Assembly (NCBI GenBank): GCA_965223005.1
Contig: CBDCVK010000008.1
Location: 96,001 to 160,000 of the forward strand
Reading direction: 5' to 3'
DNA: 64,000 bases
DNA from: Terriglobia bacterium
GTDB taxonomy: Bacteria > Acidobacteriota > Terriglobia > JAJPHL01 > JAPKYU01
A program made the position numbers and the translations under genes. Positions 30,352 to 40,361 of this stretch are shown one piece after another. The notes beneath the pieces were generated by a model. It was given only the letters and a program-made list of their open reading frames with translations, was not told the origin of the DNA and searched no databases. Positions within the stretch are counted from its first letter, which is position 1, and each line of letters starts with the position of its first letter.

Positions 30352-31272
30352 CTAAGCTTCCAAGGCTTTCAGACGGGAATCCTTAAACCACAGCTTTCGT
30401 GCAGTTTCGCCGAGCACCGCTGCCCGCGCCTCACTCTTTAACTCGAGTTCGTGGGTAAAAATCTTGAGGTGGTCGCGGTACCCCAGTTTCGGCGTCCACA
30501 GCGCGGATGGATACGAGCTGCCCCAAGCGCAACGTTCGGGGCCGAAGGCATCAATGATTTTGTAGCAAAGAGGATGTGTATCCCTGCAGGGATAGGGCTC
30601 CTTGCTGCCAGAGGCCACCCAGCTCATCTTTGTGTGGAGATTCTTGTGTTCGGCAAGTCGCTGCAATGCCTCTAGAGCCTCGCCAGTACCGGGATGCCCG
30701 GCCCCCATGCACAGAGAATGATCGAGGGCGACGAGGAGCCCCGGAAAGTCCTTCAACATGCGGTGCAGAGCGGGCAGATAATCCTTCCCCGAATCCCAGC
30801 CGCCCTCCGGAGTCGGCCCAATGCAAACCAGAACATTCACGACGATCCCGAGATCGGCGGCAGTCTTCCACAGGGCTCTCACTCCATCGCTGTCTAAACC
30901 GTCCTTGCCAGGGAAGCTTCGCAGTCCGCGGAGCCCGTAAACTTCGGTGTCGTGGGTCAAGATGCTAAGACTGTGGGGATCATCCGGGTCGAGCGTGCAC
31001 ACCCCCGCGACCCAATCCGGATTGCTGCGCGCGCTGTCGCAGATATAACGGTTGTCCCAACGGTAGAACGTGGCCGTCTGGATGGCGCAGACGGCGGCCA
31101 CTCCGTTGGCCCGGCTCTCCTGGCGCAAGTCCTCCAGAGACGCCTTTCCGGGCGGCCGGAGCGGCTTGGACATCGGTTCTCCCTTCCAACCGTGCTCCAA
31201 TCGCTCTTTGGCTGGCGGATAGCGCTTCTCATCAGGAGAGTAAATGTGCGTGTGTGTGTCGATGATCAGCAT
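30352..31272 (-). CDS. Amidohydrolase_2 family protein (lactonase-like)
   Basis: IIDTHTH, LRGLR, VALDH, TKMS and FGPERCAWGS.YP. Confidence 0.85.
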   Translation of the reverse strand: MLIIDTHTHIYSPDEKRYPPAKERLEHGWKGEPMSKPLRPPGKASLEDLRQESRANGVAAVCAIQTATFYRWDNRYICDSARSNPDWVAGVCTLDPDDPHSLSILTHDTEVYGLRGLRSFPGKDGLDSDGVRALWKTAADLGIVVNVLVCIGPTPEGGWDSGKDYLPALHRMLKDFPGLLVALDHSLCMGAGHPGTGEALEALQRLAEHKNLHTKMSWVASGSKEPYPCRDTHPLCYKIIDAFGPERCAWGSSYPSALWTPKLGYRDHLKIFTHELELKSEARAAVLGETARKLWFKDSRLKALEA

Positions 31273-31469
31273 AATATTTCCCAAACCGTAGGGTATGGCT
31301 GGCCAGGTCAGCCCAGCGCAGGAAACCCATTTCCGCTACCAGAGGAGTTACAAGAAATCATAATACATTCGACGCAGATCGGCCGGCCAGTCGCTTCGGC
31401 TCCCTTTCCGGCTAGTTCGTAATTACCACCATAAATATTCAGTCGGCTACCTTACATTCTATGTCTTTA

Positions 31470-31492
31470 GTTCATGATAAGCATTTTTCATG
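31470..31492. promoter_or_regulatory. AT-rich palindromic, Fur-box-like operator upstream of the TonB receptor
   Basis: GTTCATGATAAGCATTTTT matches 14/19 of GATAATGATAATCATTATC and overlaps the palindrome CATGAtAA-gcat-TTtTCATG. Confidence 0.35.
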
Positions 31493-31566
31493 TCATCTCA
31501 CCCCCTTTTCGACACGAATCGTAGTACAAGCCCCAAAGCGGCTAACCACTAATCTGAAAGCAGGCC

Positions 31567-34500
31567 ATGGCTTCAGTTCCCCGCCTGAGAGCAAGCTTGC
31601 TACTTCTGGTAGTGTCAACAGTGATGCCGGCCCAAACCGATCGGGGAGGCATCCGTGGAACAATTTTGGATCCCACTGGGGCGGTCATTCCCGGGGCCAA
31701 TGTCGGAGCCATAAGCGTAGCCACCGGCGTTAGCTTCAGCACCGAATCCACAGCCGTCGGCAATTACAACATTACGAGTCTTCGCGCCGGTACGTACCGG
31801 GTGAAAGTGGAGCATCCTGGTTTCCAAAAATTGGTTCGTGAGAACGTCAAGGTCAATGTGAACGGAATTAGGGCGCTTGATCTCACGTTGGAAGTGGGAG
31901 CGACAACTGAAGTCATAACTGTCGAGGCCGTCGCTCCGCAGTTGAAAACCGAGACATCCGAACTGGCCACAAACATTAACCCGCAAACCTTCCTCGCTTT
32001 GCCACTCAATGCGGGTGGAGGGAGACGCCTGGCAGACTTCGTGGCTCTTGCCCCCGGGGTGGCGACTGGACACTTTTCTTTCAACATCAACGGCGGCCAG
32101 ATGCTGTCCAGCCAGATTCTGATCGATGGCCTCGACGTGAGTGGGGTGCTTGCGACCCCCGGCGATACGCGTCCCTTAACGCTGCCGCCGGAGGCTGTCC
32201 AGGAATTCACGCTGGTCACCAGCAACGCTTCGGCCCAGTTCGGCAATACGGGCGGGGGCATCCTCAGCTTTTCCGTGCGGTCTGGAACCAATGCGCTTCA
32301 TGGGAACGTCTATGAGTTTCTCCGCAATGACAAGCTCGATACGCGAGGGTTCTTCCCTGCGGCGCGGTCGATCAACCGTCAGTAATGATTACGGGGGAAG
32401 TGTCGGTGGACCGATCATCATTCCACGACTGTATAGCGGCAAGAACCGCTCGTTCTTCTTCTTCAACCTCAACAGATTCGTAGTGCGACGGGCGCCTCAG
32501 AGCCGCTTCATTTCCATTCCCTCGGTTGCCTTCAAAAAAGGTGACTTATCCGCGCTGAGGGACCGGACGGGAAATCTGATCCCGATTTACGACCCGGCCA
32601 CCACGCGTGCGGATGGCATGGGAGGGTTCACCCGGGATCCCTTCCCCGGGAACATGATCCTCGAGGATCGTTTTAGCGCGATATCCAGAAAGGCAGTCGG
32701 ATTCTATCCGGATCCTGAACGTTCCGGAATCGTCGACAATTTCCTGGAGTAAGGTGGTGAACCAAACCAACAAGGATAATTTCACGATTAAAGTTGACCA
32801 TAGGATTACTTCCGTCCACAGCGTGAGTGTCACGTTAAATCGAGAGCACAACCCCACCGTTCAATGCTCCAATCCTTGTTTTTCCCCTGAGGATGTCGGG
32901 GCAACTTCAATCCGTGACTTCGACTTCAATCAAAGCCTTGCCCGGGCTACGTACGACTGGATCGTCAGCCCAACGGTACTGTTGCATCTGACTGCGGGAG
33001 TGAACCGGCAAGGCTTCATCTCCAACTTTCGTCATGCCGGGTTACTGTGGGCGGAGCGGTTAGGGCTCAAAGGTGTCCTCGGCAATGGCCCCTTTCCGAC
33101 GATAGAGATGCCCCCGTTTATCCACCTGGGGAACAGGGGCCTGGGCACGGATGATGCCCTCCAGGGCACCAACTTTCACTACACGGAAAGCCTCTCCTTG
33201 GTTAGGAGACGGCACAATTTCAAGTTCGGCGCAGAGCAACGCTACCTGCGCACGGATCACCGCCGTCCGACCAACAGCGGCAGGTTCTTTTTTTCCCGGA
33301 ATGAGACCGCGTTCCCCGGACAAATTAGGAATCCCATCACTGGGGCGCTCGCTGACGGAAGATCGGTGACGGGGAACTCCTTTGCCAGTTTTCTGCTGGG
33401 ATGGGTGGATCGGGCCGATCACCATGTTCAGGAGTTTGCTGGTGCCTCTCGATTTGGCTACTATGGCGCCTACTTTCCCAGGATGACATCAACTGGGGCG
33501 CTCGCTGACGGAAGATCGGTGACGGGGAACTCCTTTGCCAGTTTTCTGCTGGGATGGGTGGATCGGGCCGATCACCATGTTCAGGAGTTTGCTGGTGCCT
33601 CTCGATTTGGCTACTATGGCGCCTACTTTCAGGATGACATCAAGTTCACGCGGAACTTCACTCTGAATTTGGGAATCAGGTGGGATCTCTACCTGCCCAT
33701 GTACGGGGTTCACGATAATTACTCCATCATGGACCCCTCGGTTCCCAATCCTGATGCCGGAGGGTTGGCGGGAGCTATGATTTTTGCAGGATTTGGCCCG
33801 GGTCGTGCCGGAAGACGGCGGCTCACGCCCCCGATCTCGTGGAACAATTACGCGCCCCGCCTTGGTCTTGCCTGGTCGATGACGCCGAATTGGGTCATGC
33901 GCGCCGGTTACGGCATTAGCTACTTCGGCCCCGCCTCAGCGGGAACCGGATCCATCCGTGAGTACAACGTAGGATTCGCTGCCGAGCCGCTGGTTCGGTC
34001 GACGGATAATGGGGTCACACCGGCTTTCTCCTGGGACGATGGATTTCCTTTCTTTGTGAGGCCACCCTTCATCGACCCTGTCACTGCGAACGGCGGGCAA
34101 ACCTCCCTGTGGGACCCGAACGCTTCCGAGCCTGCCTATACGCAGAACTGGCACTTCACGGTTCAAAGACAGCTGACGCCAGGCTGGCTGCTCGATGCCG
34201 CCTACGTAGCTTCCAAAGGAACGAGACTCAACAGCGGGGCGATCAACGCCAATCAGGTCCACCCCTCTTTTCTTGCATTGGGGAACTTGTTGACCAAGCC
34301 GATAGATGATTCGGAGGTGGCGGCTGCCGGTTTTCGCCCTCCATACCCCGGTTTCGAGGGAAGCCTCGCACAGGCCTTGCGACCTTTCCCACAGTATCTG
34401 TTCGTGGGAACAAGCGCAAATCTGGTCTCAATTCCCTTACTGGGCGGCGCCCAAATTGGAAATTCCACTTACCACTCCTTGCAGTTGAAGCTGGAAAAGC

Positions 34501-35192
34501 AGTTTTCCAAGGGCTTGTTCCTGCTGGCTTCCTATACCTGGTCCAAGTACATCACCGACGCCAGTTCCAGCATGGGCGGCTTCTTCGGCACCACCTCGCG
34601 TGACCATTACAACCGGAGCCTGGCAAAATCACTTTCACTCAGCAACCTGCCGCAACGGCTGGCTATAGCGTTTAACTACGAGCTGCCGATTGGCCCGGGC
34701 AAGCCTTTTGTGGGGAATGCGACAGGGCCTGTCGGGAAGCTTCTTCGAGGTTGGCAGCTCAATGGCGTTCTGGACTACTCGTCCGGTGACCCAATCACAG
34801 TGCAAGTCGCAAATGCGATGCCCTTGTTCAACAATCTCAATCTGCCCGACGTGGTTCCGGGCGTGCCTCAGACACTGGACGCCGACGAACGCGGCGCCCA
34901 GTACCTCAACCCAGAGGCTTTTGCGGTGCCCCCGCCCTTCACCTTTGGGAACGCGCCCAGGGTTACTGGCATCCGAGGGTTCGCTCGTTTAAATGAGAAC
35001 CTGGGGATAGCCAAGCGGACCTTCATTACCGAAACAGTCAACGTTGAGCTTCGTTTTGAGATGTTTAACGCCTTCAACCGCCATCGGTGGGGGGGGATCC
35101 GGAATAATGTGAGTGATCCTTTCAATTTCGGTAGGGTCACCGGGGCAGGTGGGAACAGACAGGGACAGTTCGCACTGAAGATCAACTTTTGA
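31567..35192 (+). pseudogene. TonB-dependent receptor (carboxypeptidase-regulatory N-domain, Acidobacteria type), split by two +1 frameshifts and carrying a 153-nt duplication as assembled
   Basis: AQTDRGGIRGTILDPTGAVIPGA, EAVQEF, RSGTNALHG..YEFLRN, QDD.K..LNLGIRWD, NNYAPRLGLAW, FEMFNAFN and terminal QFALKINF; the repaired ORF is 1156 aa. Confidence 0.88.
33339..33642. repeat. Direct tandem duplication (153 nt + 151 nt)
   Basis: ACTGGGGCGCTC...GATGACATCA occurs twice; the copies differ only by an extra CC in the first. Confidence 0.95.
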
Positions 35193-35357
35193 CAGCCGAA
35201 GTGCCCGACTTGGCGATCGGCCCGCGCCTTATTCGGTTCTTCCGCCTATTCAGTTCTTCCGGAGGACCAGTTAGTTTCAATTCCCTTTCCGCCTGCCCCT
35301 TGACTCAGAAAGCGTAGAGGGTCAGAATTTAGGAACCCGCAACTGGAGCAGGGAGCC

Positions 35358-38300
35358 ATGACGAAAGGGCGTTGGCGTTTGCTCGATTACCTGGGGATTG
35401 GTGTTTTCGGGCATTGGCTTCTTCTGGGTCCGGCCGTCGCTTCGCCTGCCGACTCCAAGGCCGTCGAATTCAATCGCGACATCCGGCCCATCCTGTCCGA
35501 CAAGTGCTTCACCTGTCACGGCCCCGATCCGTCGCAGCGCATGAGCAAGTTGCGGCTCGACACGAAAGCTGGAGCGTTTGCCGACCTCGAAGGGAAGTCT
35601 GCCATCGTGCCGGGCAAGCCGGCCCGGAGCGAGATGTACCGGCGTATTTCCTCCTCTGACCCGGCGGTGAAAATGCCCCCCGCATTTTCCGGTCGCACGC
35701 TCACCGCTCCGGAGATCGAACTGATCCGCCGCTGGATCGAGCAAGGCGCCAAGTGGCAAACGCAGCACTGGTCTTTCATCCCACCCCGCCCTCCGGCCCT
35801 CCCGCAAGTCCACACCCGGAGCTGGCCACGCGGCGCGATTGATTTCTTCGTGTTGGACCGACTGGAGCGGGATGGGCTCCGTCCTTCTCCCGAAGCCGAC
35901 AAGGCCACGCTGATTCGCCGCGTGAGCTTGGACCTGACCGGGTTGCCGCCCACCCCGGACGAAATTGACGGCTTCTTGCAAGACCCTTCGCCCAACGCCT
36001 ACGAGAAGGTGGTAGACCGGCTGCTCCAATCCCCACGGTACGGCGAGCGGATGGCGACACGATGGCTGGACGCGGCGCGCTATGCGGATACCAATGGGTA
36101 TCAGACGGACGGCGAACGCAGCATGTGGCGTTGGCGCGACTGGGTCATTGACGCCTTCAACCGGAACATGCCCTTCGATCAGTTCACCATCGAGCAGATC
36201 GCGGGTGACATGCTGTCGAATCCCACGCAGGAACAGAGAATCGCCACCGGCTTCAATCGGAATCACCGCGGCAACGGCGAGGGCGGCATCATCCCGGAAG
36301 AATACGCGGTGGAATATGTAGTGGACCGGCTGGAGACAACCTCCACCGTCTGGCTGGGGCTGACCCTGGGTTGCGCTCGGTGTCACGATCACAAGTACGA
36401 CCCCTTTACCCAGAAAGATTTTTACCGGCTGTTCGCCTACTTCAACAACATCCCGGAAAAGGGAAGGGCGAATAAATACGGCAATTCGGCGCCCATAATC
36501 AAAGCCCCCACCGACGCTCAGAAAGCTCAAGTGCAGGAGCTGGAGAGGAAGCTGGAGGCCGCGGAAAAGAAGTTTGCGAAGCTAGAGACTGCAATGGCCG
36601 AAGCGCAGCGAAGCTGGGAGAAGGAGTTTGCCAGGACATCTGCGGTGGACTGGTCCATTGCGCGGGGGCTGGAGGTGCACTACCGCCTGGACGGCGATCT
36701 AGGCGGGAAGCCCGATTGTGCCCTCCCACAGGAAGGAGAGCCGGCATTCGTCACCGGCCGGGTTGGACAGGCGGCCAGTTTTGACGGCAAGCATTTCCTC
36801 GACGTCGGCGATATCGCGGGGTTCGGCTTCTACGACAAGTTCACCCTTGCGGCCTGGGTTTATCCCACAGCGGCGCAGGGGGCTATTGTCGCTAACGCCG
36901 AAGACGTCTCGGAGCCTAGGGGTTATGGGCTGTACCTGAAGGAGGGAAAGGTCCAGCTCAATCTCGTTTCGCGCTGGCTGGATGACTCGTTGCGCGTGCA
37001 AACCGAGGGGGCGCTGGAACTGAACCGCTGGCACCACGTTCTTGCGACCTATGACGCCTCCCACGTGGCCGACGGAGTCCGGATCTATGTGGACGGTGAA
37101 CCTCAGAAATTGGAGGTTCTGCTTGACGAGCTAAGCCAAGGATTCCATTTCCCAGGACACCGGCTGCGGATTGGCGCAGGCGGCGGCCTGGAGAACCGCT
37201 TCCGGGGCCATGTGGACGACGTGCGCGTCTACAACGTGGTCCTGCGGCCCGACGAGGCGGCAGTAGTCGCCACCTCTTCCTCGATTGCGGAGATCCTGGC
37301 TCTTCCTGGCGAGAAGAGATCGCGGCTGCAGTCGGAAAAAATCAAGTTGTATTTCCTGGAGGAGCAGGCCCCTGCAGAGATTCGGCAGGCCTGGGTGCAG
37401 GTGCGAGATCTGCGGGCGCAGAAGCAGAAATTCTTGGAGAGCATCCCCACCGTTATGGTCATGCAGGAGAGCGAGACGCCGCGCCCGACTCATCTGCTGA
37501 TCCGGGGAGCTTACGACCGGCCGGGAGAGAGGGTAAGTCCTGGAGTTCCTGGTGTTGTTGCCCCCTTGCCGCAGGGCTGGGAAAACAACCGCCTGGGCTT
37601 GGCGCGCTGGCTGGTGCACCCGTCCAATCCACTGACCGCGCGTGTCGTCGTGAATCGCTTCTGGCAGATGTACTTCGGCACTGGCCTGGTAAAAACTGCC
37701 GAAAACTTCGGTTTACAAGGGGAATGGCCCACTCATCCCGAACTCCTCGACTGGCTCGCTGCGGAGTTCGTCCAGACGGGTTGGAATGTCAAGGCGATGC
37801 AGAAACTGATTGTGAGCAGCGCGACCTACCGCCAGTCCTCCCAGGTAACGCCCGAGTTGCTGCAGAAGGATCCCGGGAATCGCTTGCTGGCTCGCGGACC
37901 GCGGTTGCGCCTGTCGGCGGGAATGGTCCGCGACCAGGCCCTTGCGATCGCCGGGCTCATGGTCGAAAAAATCGGGGGGCCCTCGGTCAAACCTTACCAA
38001 CCTGCCGGCTTGTGGAAGGAGCTGTCGGGAGATGAGTACAAACCAGACAAAGGAGAAAGCTTGTACCGCCGCAGCCTGTACACCTTCTGGAAACGGACTA
38101 TCCCGCCTCCCTCGATGATGGTTTTCGACGCGGCCGCGCGCGAGACCTGCATAGTGCTTGAAACCCGGACCAATACGCCGCTTCAGGCGCTCAATCTGAT
38201 GAATGACGTCACCTACCTGGAAGCGGCCCGTCTTCTCGCCGAACGAATGCTGACCGAGGGGGGCGGCACTCCTGAGGAGCGGATCGGCTATGCCTTCCGC

Positions 38301-38522
38301 CTGGCTACCGCACGCTGGCCATCGCGCAGAAGAGCTGAGATTTTGCTCGGTAGCTTCCGGTATTACCTGGAACAGTACCGGGCGGATCCGGAGGCGGCGC
38401 TCAAACTGCTCAGCATCGGCGAGTCCTCACGAAACGAGAAGCTGAACGCCAGCGAACTGGCAGCATACACGGCAGTGGCCAGCCTCATTCTGAACCTGGA
38501 TGAAACTGTCACGAAACAGTAG
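35358..38522 (+). CDS. Planctomycete cytochrome c (PSCyt1) + DUF1549 + LamG/ConA-like + DUF1553 (PSD1) protein
   Basis: FNRDIRPILSDKCFTCHGPD, LIRRVSLDLTGLPPT, WLDAARYADT.G, CARCHDHKYDP, LamG WHHVLATYD...F.G.VDDVRVYN, PTHPELLDWLA and TNTPLQALNLMN. Confidence 0.92.
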   Translation: MTKGRWRLLDYLGIGVFGHWLLLGPAVASPADSKAVEFNRDIRPILSDKCFTCHGPDPSQRMSKLRLDTKAGAFADLEGKSAIVPGKPARSEMYRRISSSDPAVKMPPAFSGRTLTAPEIELIRRWIEQGAKWQTQHWSFIPPRPPALPQVHTRSWPRGAIDFFVLDRLERDGLRPSPEADKATLIRRVSLDLTGLPPTPDEIDGFLQDPSPNAYEKVVDRLLQSPRYGERMATRWLDAARYADTNGYQTDGERSMWRWRDWVIDAFNRNMPFDQFTIEQIAGDMLSNPTQEQRIATGFNRNHRGNGEGGIIPEEYAVEYVVDRLETTSTVWLGLTLGCARCHDHKYDPFTQKDFYRLFAYFNNIPEKGRANKYGNSAPIIKAPTDAQKAQVQELERKLEAAEKKFAKLETAMAEAQRSWEKEFARTSAVDWSIARGLEVHYRLDGDLGGKPDCALPQEGEPAFVTGRVGQAASFDGKHFLDVGDIAGFGFYDKFTLAAWVYPTAAQGAIVANAEDVSEPRGYGLYLKEGKVQLNLVSRWLDDSLRVQTEGALELNRWHHVLATYDASHVADGVRIYVDGEPQKLEVLLDELSQGFHFPGHRLRIGAGGGLENRFRGHVDDVRVYNVVLRPDEAAVVATSSSIAEILALPGEKRSRLQSEKIKLYFLEEQAPAEIRQAWVQVRDLRAQKQKFLESIPTVMVMQESETPRPTHLLIRGAYDRPGERVSPGVPGVVAPLPQGWENNRLGLARWLVHPSNPLTARVVVNRFWQMYFGTGLVKTAENFGLQGEWPTHPELLDWLAAEFVQTGWNVKAMQKLIVSSATYRQSSQVTPELLQKDPGNRLLARGPRLRLSAGMVRDQALAIAGLMVEKIGGPSVKPYQPAGLWKELSGDEYKPDKGESLYRRSLYTFWKRTIPPPSMMVFDAAARETCIVLETRTNTPLQALNLMNDVTYLEAARLLAERMLTEGGGTPEERIGYAFRLATARWPSRRRAEILLGSFRYYLEQYRADPEAALKLLSIGESSRNEKLNASELAAYTAVASLILNLDETVTKQ

Positions 38523-38540
38523 TCGCATGGAGAGTCACGG

Positions 38541-39995
38541 ATGGACCCACAGCTTGAACACAGGTTGCAGCTGACCCGCCGGCACTTTTTCGGCCGCTGC
38601 AGCACAAGCATCGGCATCGCCGCACTAGCCACGCTTCTGAAAGAAGACCTGCGCGGGGAAGACGCCAGTGCGCACGGCGGCCTCCCGGCTCTTCCTCACT
38701 TCGCGCCCCGAGCGAAGCGGATCATCTACCTGTTCCAGTCGGGGGCCCCCTCGCAGATGGACTTGTTCGACTATAAGCCCCGGCTAGCCGAGATACGGGG
38801 AGAGGAGCTGCCGAGCTCGATTCGCATGGGGCAGCGCTTGACGGTCATGACCTCCGGCCAGTCGAGTTTCCCGGTGGCGCCCTCGATTTTCAAATTTGCG
38901 CAGCACGGCGAGTCGGGCGCCTGGGTGAGCGACCTGATGCCGCACACCGCCAAGGTCGTGGACGAGCTGTGTTTCATCAAGTCCATGCACACCGAGGCGA
39001 TCAATCACGACCCGGCCATTACATTCTTCCAAACCGGCGCGCAGCTTGCAGGCCGCCCCAGTATTGGTGCCTGGCTGTCCTATGGATTGGGCAGCGATAA
39101 CAAAGACCTTCCGGGGTTTGTGGTGATGGTTTCCCAGGGTTCCGGAAACCCGGGCGGCCAGCCATTGTACGACCGCCTCTGGGGCAGTGGCTTCCTCCCC
39201 TCCAGGTACCAGGGAGTTAAGTTCCGCTCGGTGGGAGATCCGGTTCTTTATTTGTCTAATCCTCAAGGGTTCACCGACAACTCCCGGCGCCGCTTTATCG
39301 ACGACTTGGTCAAGCTCAACGAGTTGACCGTCGAGGAATTCGGAGACCCGGAGGTCCGTACACGCATTGCGCAATATGAGATGGCATACCGAATGCAGAC
39401 TTCGGTTCCCGAGTTGACGGATCTTTCCAAGGAACCGGAGCGGATCTTCGAGCTTTACGGACCGGATTCAAGAAAGCCGGGAACATTTGCATCCAACTGC
39501 ATCCTGGCCCGCCGCCTGGCGGAGCGGGGGGTGCGCTTCATCCAACTGTTCCACCGGGGCTGGGATCAACACCAGAAATTACCCAAACAGATCCGCGGGC
39601 AGTGCCGCGATACCGACCAGCCATCAGCTGCGCTCATACAGGACTTGAAGGAAAGAGGGCTGCTGGAAGACACCCTCGTTGTGTGGGGCGGGGAGTTCGG
39701 ACGGACCGTCTACTGCCAGGGGAAGTTAACAGCCGGCGACTACGGGCGCGACCACCATCCGCGCTGCTTTACGATCTGGATGGCCGGGGGCGGAATCAAG
39801 CCGGGCATCAGCTACGGGGAAACGGACGATTATTGCTATAACATCACGCGCGACCCGGTGCATGTCCACGACCTGAACGCTATCATTCTCCACTGCCTGG
39901 GGATTGACCATACGCGACTGACCTTCAAATACCAGGGACGCCACTTCCGCCTCACCGACGTGCACGGCGACGTCTTGAAGCAGCTTCTGGCCTAA
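38541..39995 (+). CDS. DUF1501 protein (Tat-exported)
   Basis: LTRRHFF Tat motif; [36 protein letters not shown] and GRDHHP. Confidence 0.92.
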   Translation: MDPQLEHRLQLTRRHFFGRCSTSIGIAALATLLKEDLRGEDASAHGGLPALPHFAPRAKRIIYLFQSGAPSQMDLFDYKPRLAEIRGEELPSSIRMGQRLTVMTSGQSSFPVAPSIFKFAQHGESGAWVSDLMPHTAKVVDELCFIKSMHTEAINHDPAITFFQTGAQLAGRPSIGAWLSYGLGSDNKDLPGFVVMVSQGSGNPGGQPLYDRLWGSGFLPSRYQGVKFRSVGDPVLYLSNPQGFTDNSRRRFIDDLVKLNELTVEEFGDPEVRTRIAQYEMAYRMQTSVPELTDLSKEPERIFELYGPDSRKPGTFASNCILARRLAERGVRFIQLFHRGWDQHQKLPKQIRGQCRDTDQPSAALIQDLKERGLLEDTLVVWGGEFGRTVYCQGKLTAGDYGRDHHPRCFTIWMAGGGIKPGISYGETDDYCYNITRDPVHVHDLNAIILHCLGIDHTRLTFKYQGRHFRLTDVHGDVLKQLLA

Positions 39996-40361
39996 AGCGC
40001 GGGGCAAGATCGGAGTTCCCTAATGTCTTTCGTCGGTGGCCCCCATTCGGTGGCCCCCATGAGGATGGTGGTCCCCAGTACTGGACATGGATGAAAACGC
40101 TTGGCGAGACGGCCACCCAACGATAACTTGTTTTAATGTAAGAGGTTATACTGTTGATAACGCTACTTCAATCTTACAATAAGAAGCTGTCATTCCTAAA
40201 AGCCCAAAATCCGTCTTCGGGCACCGGCGTTCCGAACACTTCCCACGACAGAATAGGCTTGATCATCGTGGTCAGTGATCGTGGTAAAATACAACTTCAG
40301 CACAACTGTGAGTACTGATGCTGGTTCAGACCGGCGTGTCCCTGAGGAGATCTGAATCGCC

